64,000 nucleotides of DNA from Pelagomonas calceolata (GCA_918797485.1 CAKKNE010000002.1:3224001-3288000); one strand, 5' to 3'; shown: positions 20,057 to 30,753, numbered from the stretch's first letter. Numbers and translations: made by a program. Notes: generated from the sequence alone by a model not told the origin.

Positions 20057-21043
20057 CTACCGCCGCAGCGCGTTCAGGCGCGCCTCGAGGTCCGAGACCG
20101 CGTCCGGGGGCGCCTCGTCCTTGGACTCCTCCTCTTCCGCCGGAGGCGCCTCCTCTTCGGGCTCCTCCGGGAAGTAGGCGGGCTTCGTGAACGTGCGGCC
20201 CTCGGCGAGCTTCGCGTCGATCATCGCCTTCGCGCGCATTTCTTCCTCGGTGGGCGCAGGCGGCGGCACGACCGTGGCCACGGGCGGCTGCGGCGGCACG
20301 ACGCCGACCACAGAACCGACAACAGGTGCCGAGGGGTTCACGACGGCGACCGGTGGCGGCGGCGACGGCGGGGGCACCGGGGCGCGCTCGTAGACCGCCT
20401 CCAAACCACTCCCGGGCGCCACTGGTACAGAATAGCCGCTCGGCGCGGGCATCGCCGACGTCTCGAGCTGCTCTTCACTTAGATCTAAATCGGGCACCTC
20501 CCACTGGACCTTGTATTCTTCGGCGATGGCCTTCAAGTACTTTACCACGAGGTAGGCGGACGGCGGCGCGACCCCCAGCTTGTGCACGACTCTCACGTTG
20601 GCCCTTTCGCCGACGTTCTTTCTTGCATCATTGAAGAATTCTTTGCCGTATTTGAGGTCTAGTTGTTCTGCCACCACCTTAAGTTCAGGCACTTCCGTTC
20701 GGGGCGCCGCCCAGATCAACGTACAGCAGGCCTCCCTTAGGTCCGGGGGACAGTCTTTCTCGGAAGTTATGAGTGCTGCTCGTTCATGCAACAGCTCGCA
20801 GAGCAAAGATAACAATTCATATGCTTCGATGGTGAAGTCGTCTCTGATCAATTTCTCTACCCTTATACGGGCCTTTTCTTCCTTCCCGTCTCGGAGCAGC
20901 TGCGCGATTTCCCTTTTCTGGGTCTTGATCAAATTCGTCTTCTTAGAGTTGAGAATAGCCAGGCGCTGCTCGGCCATCTTCAGGTGGGGCTTCAGCTTCG
21001 AGACGCGGTAGCGCTCAAATCCTAAGGCGCGGAGGAGGCCCAT
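20057..21043 (-). CDS. IST1: IST1 (ESCRT-III / Vps4 regulator)
   Basis: REIAQLL..GKEEKARIRVE, TLIWAAPR, KYGKEF; C-terminal MIM1 DLEARLNALRR. Confidence 0.93.
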   Translation of the reverse strand: MGLLRALGFERYRVSKLKPHLKMAEQRLAILNSKKTNLIKTQKREIAQLLRDGKEEKARIRVEKLIRDDFTIEAYELLSLLCELLHERAALITSEKDCPPDLREACCTLIWAAPRTEVPELKVVAEQLDLKYGKEFFNDARKNVGERANVRVVHKLGVAPPSAYLVVKYLKAIAEEYKVQWEVPDLDLSEEQLETSAMPAPSGYSVPVAPGSGLEAVYERAPVPPPSPPPPVAVVNPSAPVVGSVVGVVPPQPPVATVVPPPAPTEEEMRAKAMIDAKLAEGRTFTKPAYFPEEPEEEAPPAEEEESKDEAPPDAVSDLEARLNALRR

Positions 21044-21185
21044 TTTTGTTGCGGTGGTTTACCCCACGCCACAAAATTGGAGCCGTAGGGGGGCGAGCGC
21101 AGTCTTCACCCAAGCTGTCGCACGCTCAACTGTTGTATCTTTCGTCCAATCCAGCGCTTGCTTATTCCTTAAAAAAATAATCCAC

Positions 21186-21206
21186 CTAGCGTCTGTAACG
21201 CACTAG
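21186..21206. promoter_or_regulatory. CTAG-bipartite intergenic motif, copy 6
   Basis: CTAGCGTCTGTAACGCACTAG, between divergent genes. Confidence 0.55.
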
Positions 21207-21299
21207 CGCACGAGCTCCAAGTTCACTCTGGTGCCGCACTGGTGCACCACGTGCACAACTTGCTTCTAGAAGACCTGCACGCACGCCATCGTCGAGACA

Positions 21300-22793
21300 A
21301 TGCACCTCGCAAGAGCCACGCTGCGCCGCGGGCACCGCTGCCTCAGCACGCACTCATCAGTGATCAACGCCCTAGACGTGCCGGACAAAACACAGCACAA
21401 ACCACTGCCAGCCGTGGACACGCGCTGCGGCACGCCGTCGCCGGACCACCCTCAACAAAACTGGTCGAAACAACAAATCGACCGCGCGGCGAAGGACCAT
21501 GTGGTGTTTACGTACGGGCCGACGGACGCGCAAAGGGACGCGGTACCATTATTGAGGAGAGGCGAAGGCAGTTATCTGTATGATGACGACGGCAAGCAGT
21601 ATTTAGACTGGACGTCGCAGGCCGTCTGTGCCAACTTAGGGCACACGGTGCCACAATCGGTCAAGGCCGCCGTCGCCCAACAATTAGATACTTTACCGTA
21701 CGTCTACGGCGGCTTAGGATTGGTCGAGCCTAGAGCTAGACTAGCCTCCTTACTTTCAGAAATACTGCCCGGCGATTTAAACGGGTTCCTGTTCCCGTCG
21801 AGCGGCGCCGAGGCGAATGAGGCCGCGATTCGCATCGCGCGGCAGTTTACCGGAAGATCCAAAATTCTAACACGATATCGATCCTACCACGGCGGCACGG
21901 CGACGGCGCTGTCGGCCACGGGCGACTTTCGGAGGAACTTCATTGAGGACGCGCCGGGTTTTGTGAGACTCATGGACCCGAACCCGATGCAGTTCTCCTG
22001 GGGTCGTGACATGGCCGACGCGTCGGAGCGGGCGCGCGGCGCTTTAAGGGAGCAGGTCTTGGGGGAAGGTCCCGACACCATCGCGGCGATTCTAGTAGAG
22101 GCGATTCCCGGAAGTGCGGGCGTGCTACTGCCGCCGGACGGCTATCTGCAAGCTATTCGATCGATCTGCGACGAGTTTGGGATTGTCATGATTATTGATG
22201 AAGTGATGGCGGGGTTTGGACGGACAGGTAAAATGTTCGGGTTCCAGCGTTTTGATGATGTGCTGCCGGACATTGTGACGTTCGCCAAGGGCCTCACGGC
22301 GGCGTGGCTGCCTTTGGCTGGTGTCGCGATGCGCTCGCACATCCAGGACCATTTTCGTACAAATCCTCTCGGGTATGGTGCGACGTACCAGGCGCATCCG
22401 GTCTCCCTCGCGTGTGGGTATGCCGTGGTCAAACATATGTTGGATGAGGATATTGTGGGAAGAGTGCAACGAGAAACGGCGCCGGTCATGGAGGCGGAGA
22501 TGGCTTCCCTCGTAGAGGACTTTGCCTGTATCCGGCAGGCGCGGGCCGTCGGTCTGTTCGCGTGCTGCGACTTGGTCTCCACCAAAACTGGAGACAGGGT
22601 CGCGCCGATGGCCGGCGGCGGGCCGAATGCGGAGAAGGTCGCGGCCTTCAAGCGCGCGCTCAAAGAAGAGGGCCTCATTGCCTTTTTCCGCAACTGCATG
22701 ATCCACGTCTGCCCGCCGCTGACGATCACGCCGGAGGAGCTGCGCGACGGCTTCGGGCGGCTGCGGCGGGCGTTATCTAGCGTGGACTTCTAG
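21300..22793 (+). CDS. class-III PLP-dependent (omega) aminotransferase with a probable mitochondrial presequence
   Basis: SSGAEANE, SYHGGT, IIDEVMAGFGRTG, PDIVTFAKG (PLP Lys); Arg-rich N-terminus. Confidence 0.92.
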   Translation: MHLARATLRRGHRCLSTHSSVINALDVPDKTQHKPLPAVDTRCGTPSPDHPQQNWSKQQIDRAAKDHVVFTYGPTDAQRDAVPLLRRGEGSYLYDDDGKQYLDWTSQAVCANLGHTVPQSVKAAVAQQLDTLPYVYGGLGLVEPRARLASLLSEILPGDLNGFLFPSSGAEANEAAIRIARQFTGRSKILTRYRSYHGGTATALSATGDFRRNFIEDAPGFVRLMDPNPMQFSWGRDMADASERARGALREQVLGEGPDTIAAILVEAIPGSAGVLLPPDGYLQAIRSICDEFGIVMIIDEVMAGFGRTGKMFGFQRFDDVLPDIVTFAKGLTAAWLPLAGVAMRSHIQDHFRTNPLGYGATYQAHPVSLACGYAVVKHMLDEDIVGRVQRETAPVMEAEMASLVEDFACIRQARAVGLFACCDLVSTKTGDRVAPMAGGGPNAEKVAAFKRALKEEGLIAFFRNCMIHVCPPLTITPEELRDGFGRLRRALSSVDF

Positions 22794-23168
22794 GGTTAAC
22801 TTTAATTGGGTGTGAGATGCTCGCTCGCGGTCGTCGCGGCCGCGGCCGCGCGAATCGCGCCGAGCCACGACAGAGGTAACTGGGTCGCTTCTAGGCGTGG
22901 GCCTGGGTGGTTCTAGACCTGTAACAACCACAGTGCGGCCCGTTGCTAGTAGCTTTACTCGCATAGCTGGTTTTTGCCAGCTCTGTCCCGCTCCCCCCGA
23001 TAAAAACGCGCCTGTGTTACCAAGCTGCGAGCTGCAAACAACGACACACGTGCCCGGTCTTTCGCTGCTGCATCAATTTTGCACGCATCGTCGCTACAAG
23101 AGCCTGACACAGCCGCGCTCTCCCAAACAAGATCCATTGAAACGCTGCGTAAACGCTAGTTAATCAAT

Positions 23169-25055
23169 ATGGAGGCCACCCACAGCGCCGAGGCCGCCGA
23201 AAAGAAGGGCCTGCCGTCAGGTTGGACCGCGTCGCGCACCAAGGCCGGCCGCTGGACCTACATCGCGCCGGACGGCGAGGAGTTCTCGAGCCTCGCGTCG
23301 GCCAAGACCGCGGCCGCCAGCCAGAAGCCGCCACGCGTCTCCGAGTCGCCGACGGCGCGCCCCGGCGCCGCGGGCATCGACCGGTCGACCGGCGCCCTGG
23401 CGCGCGCGGCCGACCCCGTGCAGCGCGCCAAGGCGGCAGCCGCGGCCGCGCAAGCTGAGGCCATCCTGCCCTCGACGGGCGACGACGGCCTGAGCCAGTA
23501 CGAGCGCGAGCGCCTCGGCCGCATCGCGCGCAACGAGGCGTTCATGCAGTCGCTCGGGCTGGGCGGCGGATTAGCGGGCGGCACGCCGGGCGGCAAGCGC
23601 GCCGCGGCGTCGCAGCGCGGCGTGCCCCGCAAGAAGGTGAAGAAGGCTCCGGCCGGGCCCGCGCGCCGGTCGCCGAGATTGGAGGAGGAAAAGACGGGCA
23701 AGAAGGCCTCCGAGCCCCTCGCGGCGCTCTCCTACTCCACGGCCGAGGCCAAGCCCGAGCGCGAGCGCCTCACGGGCGACCACGCCTACCGCGTCGACGG
23801 CTTCGACTCCGCGCGCACGGCTCAGCCATTCTCGGCCAAGCAGGCCGAGTCGGCCGCCGCGCGCGTCAAAGCGCTCAAGGCTTCAAATGCAGACGCCGAG
23901 GCCATTGAAGAGGCCGAGGCCGACCAGAAGGCCTGCGACGCGGAGGCCGCCGAGGCCCTCGCGGCCGTGACGGCCGAGGACGCCGAGGAGCGGGCCGACG
24001 CGGCGCGCCTCGTGGCGCGCGTCGCCGGCGCGGCGAGCGGCACGCGCAAGGCGCTGAGCGAGGCGCGCTACGCCACGTCCCTGCAGCAGATGCGCATCCG
24101 CGACGTCGACATCGCCAAGGTGACGCAGGCCCGGACCTACGCGCTCGCCTGGCAGCCGCGTTCTGATAGGTTACTGATCGCGTCGGGCGACGTGAACGGC
24201 CAGCTCGGGCTCTGGGACGTCGACGAGGCGGACGCCGAGAAGTGCTGCTGGTCGCTCAGTCGGGCTCATAGCCGGCCCGTGACGGCGTTGTACTGGGACG
24301 GCGGTTCCGTGATTTCGGGCGGCTACGACTCGCTCGTGCGCAAGTGCGCGCTGGACCACGCGCCCCTGGTCTCGACGGTCGTCGCCGATTACTACGACGA
24401 CGACGTCGACGACCTCACGCACTTCTGCCTCCAGGGCGACGTGGTGTGGGGCGCCCACAAGTGCGGCGGCGTGTCTCGATTTGATTCTAGGGCCGGGTCT
24501 CCCACCTCGAAGAAGCTCATTATCGACGCTCATGGGAGGAAAACGGCCCACATCGGCGTGCGGCCCGGCCACGAGTTCCACCTCACGACGTCGTCGAACG
24601 ACGGCTCGGTCGTCGTCTGGGACGTGCGCAAGCTCAAGCCCAAGAAGCCGACGGAGGTCTGGGCCTACGAGCACGCCAAGTCCGTGCACGGCTTCTGCTG
24701 GTCGGCGGACGGCAAAACGCTGGCCTCGTGCTCCTACGACGACACGGTCGGCTTCCACGATGTGGATAAGGACACGACCGTGTCCGTGCGCCACGACAAC
24801 CGCACGGGCCGCTACCTGACGCCCTTCAAGCCGACGATGGACCCGCACGCTCCCTTCCCGGCGGTCATCATGGGCTCCATGGGCCGGCCGCGCTGCGTCG
24901 ACGTGCTCCGGGCCAAGGCGCCGAACACGCTCATCAAGTTGAACGACCGCGACAACGTCTTCCACGCGGTCACGTCGCTCCACGACGTCCACCCCTACGC
25001 GCACGTCATCGCCGGCGCGAACAACAGCGGCCGGCTCTCGATCTGGCGCGCCTGA
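23169..25055 (+). CDS. WDR76: WDR76/Cmr1-like WD40 protein
   Basis: LSQYERERLGRIARNEAFMQSLG N-terminal motif; WD40 repeats; HDNRTGRYLTPF. Confidence 0.85.
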   Translation: MEATHSAEAAEKKGLPSGWTASRTKAGRWTYIAPDGEEFSSLASAKTAAASQKPPRVSESPTARPGAAGIDRSTGALARAADPVQRAKAAAAAAQAEAILPSTGDDGLSQYERERLGRIARNEAFMQSLGLGGGLAGGTPGGKRAAASQRGVPRKKVKKAPAGPARRSPRLEEEKTGKKASEPLAALSYSTAEAKPERERLTGDHAYRVDGFDSARTAQPFSAKQAESAAARVKALKASNADAEAIEEAEADQKACDAEAAEALAAVTAEDAEERADAARLVARVAGAASGTRKALSEARYATSLQQMRIRDVDIAKVTQARTYALAWQPRSDRLLIASGDVNGQLGLWDVDEADAEKCCWSLSRAHSRPVTALYWDGGSVISGGYDSLVRKCALDHAPLVSTVVADYYDDDVDDLTHFCLQGDVVWGAHKCGGVSRFDSRAGSPTSKKLIIDAHGRKTAHIGVRPGHEFHLTTSSNDGSVVVWDVRKLKPKKPTEVWAYEHAKSVHGFCWSADGKTLASCSYDDTVGFHDVDKDTTVSVRHDNRTGRYLTPFKPTMDPHAPFPAVIMGSMGRPRCVDVLRAKAPNTLIKLNDRDNVFHAVTSLHDVHPYAHVIAGANNSGRLSIWRA

Positions 25056-25099
25056 GCCCCTGTCTACTAACCTGAACGTTGTATGAAAACATCACATTC

Positions 25100-27661
25100 T
25101 TATATGTAGTCCGTGGCGTCGGTCGGGTCCGAAGCGTCGCGGGGCGGAGGAGTCGTCGCGCGCTCGGGCGAGGCCTCGGGGCTACGGCGGCGCGGCGGCG
25201 TGTTCGGCCGCGAGCCCGCGTCCGAGAGCCGCGCGATGTGCTGCAGCAGCGGGTTCGGTGTGCCAACCGCGCCGGGCGGCGCGTAAGAACCGTCGTCGTC
25301 GACGCGGCCACCGCTCCGGTCGACCTTCACGGCGACGTTCAGAGGGAGCCCGTCCAACAAATCGTGGTAGCCGATGCGGTAGGCCAACGCGACGAGTTGG
25401 CTCACGAACGGCAGCGGCACGACCGCCGCCGCGAGGCCCCAGTCGCGCGACGACGTGAAGACGCCGATCAGGACGATCTGCGCGCCCGTCAGAGCCACGA
25501 GGAGCGACTGCAGCAACATCGGTAAAAATGCCCCTCCAAGCTGGCACGGCGGCGCGTAGACGTGGAGCAGCTGGTGCTTGTAGACGAGCCACGCCGCCGC
25601 GAAGTAAGCTAACGCGAACGGCGCGACGAGCGGCGTGACCACCGAAAACGTCAGCAGAATACAACAGACCACGACGACGTTCGGCAGGATCCAGCCGTAC
25701 CGCGCCGGGTCGCACTCGTCGTGGTCGTCGAAGGGGTTGCCCCGCCTTCGCCTCAGTTCCTTGACGGCCGTCTTCGAGACGAGCGCCCAGGCCCGCGCGA
25801 GCTCCCAGGCCAGGCCGAAGCACGTCTTCACGACGAGCGCGCTCACGAAGTAGCCCGCCGAGTCCGCGACGCGCCCGGCAATCAACTCGACCGCCTCCCG
25901 CGGGTTCTGGCGCGCGACGTGCGTCAGGTCCTCCACACTGAGACTCACGATGCTCCCGTAGATCCACAAGAACTGGAAGACGACGTAGCGCCGAAAGACG
26001 GACGTCTCGACGGCGCGCCGGTCGAGGGGCCGCTCGTAGAAGATGGCCACGGCGTACGCCACCCAGGGCACGACCAGCAAGAAGACGAGGCCGCCGCCCG
26101 TCGCCAGGGCCCGCGTCGCGAAGGTCGTCGCGTCCTCCTTTGATTGTTTTTTGGTCACGAAGCCCGAAAGCGCCACTAACAACGGCGCCAGGTACTCGGC
26201 GCACCACCGCTGCACGCCCTCCTCCCGGAAGAACGCGGCGACGGCGCCCAGCAGCGTCAGGAACGCGACGCCGCAGAGCGGCACCGCGACGTAGTCGACG
26301 GCCCAGGTCCTTAACCTCCTCTGGCGGAGCGCCGTCGCCGCGTGCCTCCAAATAATGTCCCGGGGCCGCGGCGCCGGGGCCGCGACGACCGTGAACGCGC
26401 GCGCCGAGAGCTTCACGGACGCCGCGACGGTCGCCGCTCGAAGTGTCGAGAACGTGGCGAAGGCCGTCGACCGGCTCGGTCGGCCCCTTACTAAAAGATA
26501 GAGCTCCTCGCAGAGGAAGGGCAGGTGCGCGTCCACGCCGCCCCGGTCCTCATCGTCGGGGTCGCCGTCGAGGAGCCCCTCGCGCAGGCCCTCGCGCCGC
26601 CCCCGGAGCCGCTCCGTCAGCCGCGCGAAGAACGCGTCGCAGCGGCCCCGGCGCTCGTCCTCCGGGACGACGAGGCGCACCGCCGCGACCTCGCCGGGGA
26701 AGAGCGTCTCGAGGTGGGCCTTGAGCGCCGCCTCGTCGCGCAGCGCCGGCGGCAAATGTTGTAGGGATACAGTATACGACGCGGCGCGCGGCCAGTCCGG
26801 GTCGCCGCGCAGCAGCCAGCCCAGCCGCGCGTCGCGGTAGGCGCGGTACCGCGCGCGCACGGCGCGGTAGACCTCGAGCGCGACGACCCAGGCGCCCAGC
26901 ACGGCCGCCCAGGCCGCCGTCCGCGCGCGCGCCCGGTCGGTCGCGTCCGTCGCGACGGCGCCGAGCGTGACGCGCGCGAATGCGGCGCGCTGGCGGGCAG
27001 CTGTATCCGCCGCCGCGAGGCCCGAATCTTCCAGTGGCCGCGCGGCCCAGTAGTAGATCGGCAATAACACACAGCAGCCGAGCGCGCAGCAGAACGCCGC
27101 GAGCCGCGCGCAGAGCGCCAGGAAGCTGCAGCACGCGTAGGCGTCGAGGCCGTGAAGTTCTATCAGCGCCATGTCCGGGCACGAGACCGAGCGCCGCGCC
27201 CAGTCGCAGGCGCCCCCGACGGGCCGCGCGTGGCGCTCGAGGCCCGTGGCCCTTTGTCCCAGCTTCGCGAGCCGCGTAGACGTAAGTTGGCGCCGCGACG
27301 CGTAGACGTAGGCGCGCTTTCGAAAGGCCTCGCGGAAGACCAGCAGCAGGACCATCGCTAACGCGTAGAGCTGGACGACGCCGAGAACGAAGCCCCACGA
27401 GTTTCGCTGAGCGTTCAGTCCTAATGTCGGCGCTCCCGTCGGCGCTCCCGTCGGCGCGGCCGTCGTTGGTACAGCTGTTGGGCCCGGCGTCGGCGCGGAC
27501 GTCTTGCGAGTTGGTGCGGCCGTGCTTTTGAGCGTCGGCCGGAGCGTCGGCGGCGGCGTAGAGGCGGCGGCCGGCTGAGTGGTGGGGGCGGTTGTGGCGT
27601 TACTGGAGGCGGCGTCGCAGCACGAGGCCAGCAGCAGTGCTGCTGCGGCAGCAGCCCTCAT
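25100..27661 (-). CDS. OSCA/TMEM63/CSC1 mechanosensitive channel
   Basis: GLDAY..F, SYTV...LP, AFATF, AP.PRDIIW, P.RYG, YKHQLLHVY; signal peptide and a Pro/Thr-rich (APT) N-terminus. Confidence 0.9.
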   Translation of the reverse strand: MRAAAAAALLLASCCDAASSNATTAPTTQPAAASTPPPTLRPTLKSTAAPTRKTSAPTPGPTAVPTTAAPTGAPTGAPTLGLNAQRNSWGFVLGVVQLYALAMVLLLVFREAFRKRAYVYASRRQLTSTRLAKLGQRATGLERHARPVGGACDWARRSVSCPDMALIELHGLDAYACCSFLALCARLAAFCCALGCCVLLPIYYWAARPLEDSGLAAADTAARQRAAFARVTLGAVATDATDRARARTAAWAAVLGAWVVALEVYRAVRARYRAYRDARLGWLLRGDPDWPRAASYTVSLQHLPPALRDEAALKAHLETLFPGEVAAVRLVVPEDERRGRCDAFFARLTERLRGRREGLREGLLDGDPDDEDRGGVDAHLPFLCEELYLLVRGRPSRSTAFATFSTLRAATVAASVKLSARAFTVVAAPAPRPRDIIWRHAATALRQRRLRTWAVDYVAVPLCGVAFLTLLGAVAAFFREEGVQRWCAEYLAPLLVALSGFVTKKQSKEDATTFATRALATGGGLVFLLVVPWVAYAVAIFYERPLDRRAVETSVFRRYVVFQFLWIYGSIVSLSVEDLTHVARQNPREAVELIAGRVADSAGYFVSALVVKTCFGLAWELARAWALVSKTAVKELRRRRGNPFDDHDECDPARYGWILPNVVVVCCILLTFSVVTPLVAPFALAYFAAAWLVYKHQLLHVYAPPCQLGGAFLPMLLQSLLVALTGAQIVLIGVFTSSRDWGLAAAVVPLPFVSQLVALAYRIGYHDLLDGLPLNVAVKVDRSGGRVDDDGSYAPPGAVGTPNPLLQHIARLSDAGSRPNTPPRRRSPEASPERATTPPPRDASDPTDATDYI

Positions 27662-27716
27662 TGGCGTATGAAACTGCACCAATGCACGTTATGCAAAGTT
27701 CAGGCCTGCATTCAGC

Positions 27717-27737
27717 CTAGTGTATCGACACACTAGC
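27717..27737. promoter_or_regulatory. CTAG-bipartite intergenic motif, copy 7
   Basis: CTAGTGTATCGACACACTAGC, just upstream of the OSCA gene. Confidence 0.55.
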
Positions 27738-27882
27738 TCTTCGCTGGTACGGGGAACCCTGCGATGTAACTAGCCTCAGCCTCAGCCTCGCTTTTCGCGC
27801 ACTAGTCCTTCTAAAAGGCGAAGACAAGTACGCAGACGAAATATTATGAAGAAGCACATGATTAGAACAAACAGAAGAAGAC

Positions 27883-30516
27883 CTAGGAGTTCATGAAGTC
27901 GAACGCGGAGCTGGCCGGCGCCGGCGCCGCCGCCGACATGCCGGCGAACGGGTCGGCGCCGCCGGGCGGTGGCGGCAGGCCGCCCATGGAGGGCATCGGC
28001 GCATTCGTCGCGCCGCCCATGCCCGCGAAAGGATCTCCTGACGAGAGGCCCACCGACGCGAAGGGGTCCACGGATGCGCCGCCGCCGAACGCTGGCGCGG
28101 AGGCGCCGCCGGAGGCGAACGGGTCGTTGCCGGCGGCGAAGGGGTCCTCCGCGGCGAGCTGCGCCGTGAGCTTCGCGACGCCGCCGTTGCTGGACCCGGG
28201 CGGCCGCCAGACGGCGTCCTGCTGCTTCGGCGGGCCGCGCGCGGGCGGCCCGCGGCGGCGCGGCGCCGGCGCCGGCGGCTTGGGCAGCTTCGGGATCGGC
28301 ACGGCCGGCGCCCGGGCGTGGCTGGCGCTCGTGAGCGCGAGCGGGTCGCCGGGCATGGCGCCAGCACCAAAGTTGTAGTCCGACGCGTGCGACGAGCCCG
28401 CGCCGCGGTAGACGTCCGCCGCCGGCGACGGCGCCCGGGGGACCGGGGCCGGCGCCGCGGCCGCCGGCGACGGCGTCGCCCGGAACGGGTCCGGCGCCGA
28501 CATCCGCGGCTGGACAGATGAGGGGCTGTCGAGCTCGCCGCGGCGCGCCTGGATCGCCGAAGCGAGCATGGCCTCGACGCGGCCCGCGACCATGTCGAAC
28601 TGCCTCGCGTTCAGGGCCTTCTCGTCGAGCAGCGGGATCAATGAAGGCAGCACGTCTCTCAAGATGCGCGACTGCTCCGGTAATCTTTTAGCGACGAGGT
28701 CGAAGCACCCGAGCACGCACATCGCTAAAGCAGGCTGGCCGTGCACTAATCTCACAGAATCGCGCAGCGCCGGCAGAACGACCCTCATCAGGACCTCGGG
28801 CGGCGTCGCCGGGGGGCGGTCCAAAGCCGCGGCGAGCGCCTTGTGCGCCGTCACGCGCGTCGCCAAAGCACAAGTCTTCGACGCGACGCACCTACAGACC
28901 GCCGGCACGAGATCTGTGGAGACACGACTAGAGACGCCGTTCCGGGCGGCGATCGACGCCTTCGCGATGACCGCGTCCAAGACATCGGACGAAGCCAGCT
29001 GTCTCAATGCAGCGTCTCTGAGCCGAGGCCCGGCGTCGTCGCGCAGCGCTCGCGCCAAAGCGTCGACGACGCGCTTCGCCGCCCACGACGCGTCGGCCCG
29101 ATCCAACAGCAGCGTGGCGTGCTCGACGACGGCCAGGACGGCCTGGGGCCCCGCCGCGTCGACCAGGAACCGCTCCAAAATGGGCTGGATGCTCTTGCGG
29201 AACGCGCGCGCGTCGAGGCGCGCGGCACACGCGAGTAACGCCGGCGCCGCGGGCGCGCAGAGCTTGGGCTGCGCGCGGACGCACGCATCTAATGAAGGCA
29301 GGACCACGATCAGCAAAGTGCGGTCCGTGAAGCACTCCCGGTACTCGACGTCCGCGCCACTGTCGAGCATCGACGTCAGGTTGCCCAAAAACGCGGCAGC
29401 TAAAGAAGGGTCCCTCGATGGCAGCGCGTCGAGCTCCTTGAGGGCCGCCACGGCCGGCGCGTGGAAGAGGGGGCAGCCTCGTAATGCGGCCGCATCCAAG
29501 CGCGACTGCGGGTGCACGGCCAGAGAGCGCGACACCGCGTCGCGGACGAGCGACGGCAGTTGCGAGGGGTCCAGCTGTTGTAACCGAGAACACGCGCTGC
29601 GGTGGCCGTACAGATTGTCGCATCCTTGTAAAGCTTTGGAACCGGTAAAGACCTCCCACAAGACACACCCCAACGAGAAGACGTCGCACGCGGGCGCCGC
29701 GACGCGGTCGCCATTTTTGGTAAGTTCGGGCGACGTGTACTCGAGCCGGGGCTCGCCCGTCAGCTCTCCCCCAATAGCACCTTCATTAGCAAAGTAGGGG
29801 CTCGCGACGCCGTACTGGCCCGCCGGGATCGATAGCGCCAACCCAAACCCGCCCAACCGCCAGTCGCCCGTCTTCGTCAGCCAGATGCTCTCGGGACTCA
29901 CGCCGAGGTGCGCTCTTTGGACCATGCCGCCCGCACCCTTCAAAGCCTGCAGCGCGTCCGCGAGCGACGCGGCGCCTCTTGCCACTTCAGCTGTCGTGAA
30001 GGCGCCGTCGCGCCAGTGGCTCGGAACCTTATCACTGGCAACGCCGGGCCACGTCTTGTGCAGGGCGTTGCCCAACGAGCACGCGACTCTTTCCCCAACA
30101 AAGACGATGGCCTGCCTCGACTCCAACGTCTCGATGAGCTGGAGGCAACCGGGTGGGGCTTTTCGGGACGCGGTCGCGACGGCCGTGCCGACCCCCAACG
30201 CCGCCGAGGCCATGGCGTCCCTCAAAGACGTGGGGCCCGCCGCGGCGGCCCTCACTTTTTCGAGCTGTCTCCTCTCGATGCCCGCGAGATTTGCTAAAGT
30301 GGCCACGTCGCGCCGCGCCGTCATCACCACCTTTTCGAAGAGGCTCTTCTGGTTTCGCAATTGCTTTTCGAGGGCCGCCTTCTCAAACACGAAGACCGAG
30401 ACCTCGAGGCCGTCCTTCTTGCGCGTCGCCTGGTACGACTTCCACTGGTAGCCGTGGCCGCCGCTCCCGGTCGCGTCCTTGTCGACGTCGTAGCGCTTGC
30501 TGAGCTCGGAGCCCAT
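27883..30516 (-). CDS. SCYL2: SCY1-like pseudokinase (SCYL2/CVAK104-like)
   Basis: VSVFVFEK, HLGVSPESI, WRLGGFG, PRLEYTSPE, CDVFSLG; HEAT-like middle region; several DPF motifs in the tail. Confidence 0.85.
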   Translation of the reverse strand: MGSELSKRYDVDKDATGSGGHGYQWKSYQATRKKDGLEVSVFVFEKAALEKQLRNQKSLFEKVVMTARRDVATLANLAGIERRQLEKVRAAAAGPTSLRDAMASAALGVGTAVATASRKAPPGCLQLIETLESRQAIVFVGERVACSLGNALHKTWPGVASDKVPSHWRDGAFTTAEVARGAASLADALQALKGAGGMVQRAHLGVSPESIWLTKTGDWRLGGFGLALSIPAGQYGVASPYFANEGAIGGELTGEPRLEYTSPELTKNGDRVAAPACDVFSLGCVLWEVFTGSKALQGCDNLYGHRSACSRLQQLDPSQLPSLVRDAVSRSLAVHPQSRLDAAALRGCPLFHAPAVAALKELDALPSRDPSLAAAFLGNLTSMLDSGADVEYRECFTDRTLLIVVLPSLDACVRAQPKLCAPAAPALLACAARLDARAFRKSIQPILERFLVDAAGPQAVLAVVEHATLLLDRADASWAAKRVVDALARALRDDAGPRLRDAALRQLASSDVLDAVIAKASIAARNGVSSRVSTDLVPAVCRCVASKTCALATRVTAHKALAAALDRPPATPPEVLMRVVLPALRDSVRLVHGQPALAMCVLGCFDLVAKRLPEQSRILRDVLPSLIPLLDEKALNARQFDMVAGRVEAMLASAIQARRGELDSPSSVQPRMSAPDPFRATPSPAAAAPAPVPRAPSPAADVYRGAGSSHASDYNFGAGAMPGDPLALTSASHARAPAVPIPKLPKPPAPAPRRRGPPARGPPKQQDAVWRPPGSSNGGVAKLTAQLAAEDPFAAGNDPFASGGASAPAFGGGASVDPFASVGLSSGDPFAGMGGATNAPMPSMGGLPPPPGGADPFAGMSAAAPAPASSAFDFMNS

Positions 30517-30730
30517 TTTCTTTTTTTGCGCTTATGACTTTGTGGTTTCGCACCGCTGCGGCGCCCGCTGACTTCGATCGGCGTGGCTCAGGGGTTACGG
30601 CAGCTGGCTATTCCGTCGGCCAACCGCTGTCGCTGTGTGAGATCTGCGGCTACGCAGCGCTTTTATTCCTTTTGCTACGCCGACGCGCGCGACCTCTGGA
30701 CCGCTTGGATTTTGGCCGCGAGATGGAATC

Positions 30731-30753
30731 GCTAGCGGCATGTAAGACACTAG
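30731..30753. promoter_or_regulatory. CTAG-bipartite intergenic motif, copy 8
   Basis: GCTAGCGGCATGTAAGACACTAG, upstream of SCYL2. Confidence 0.6.
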
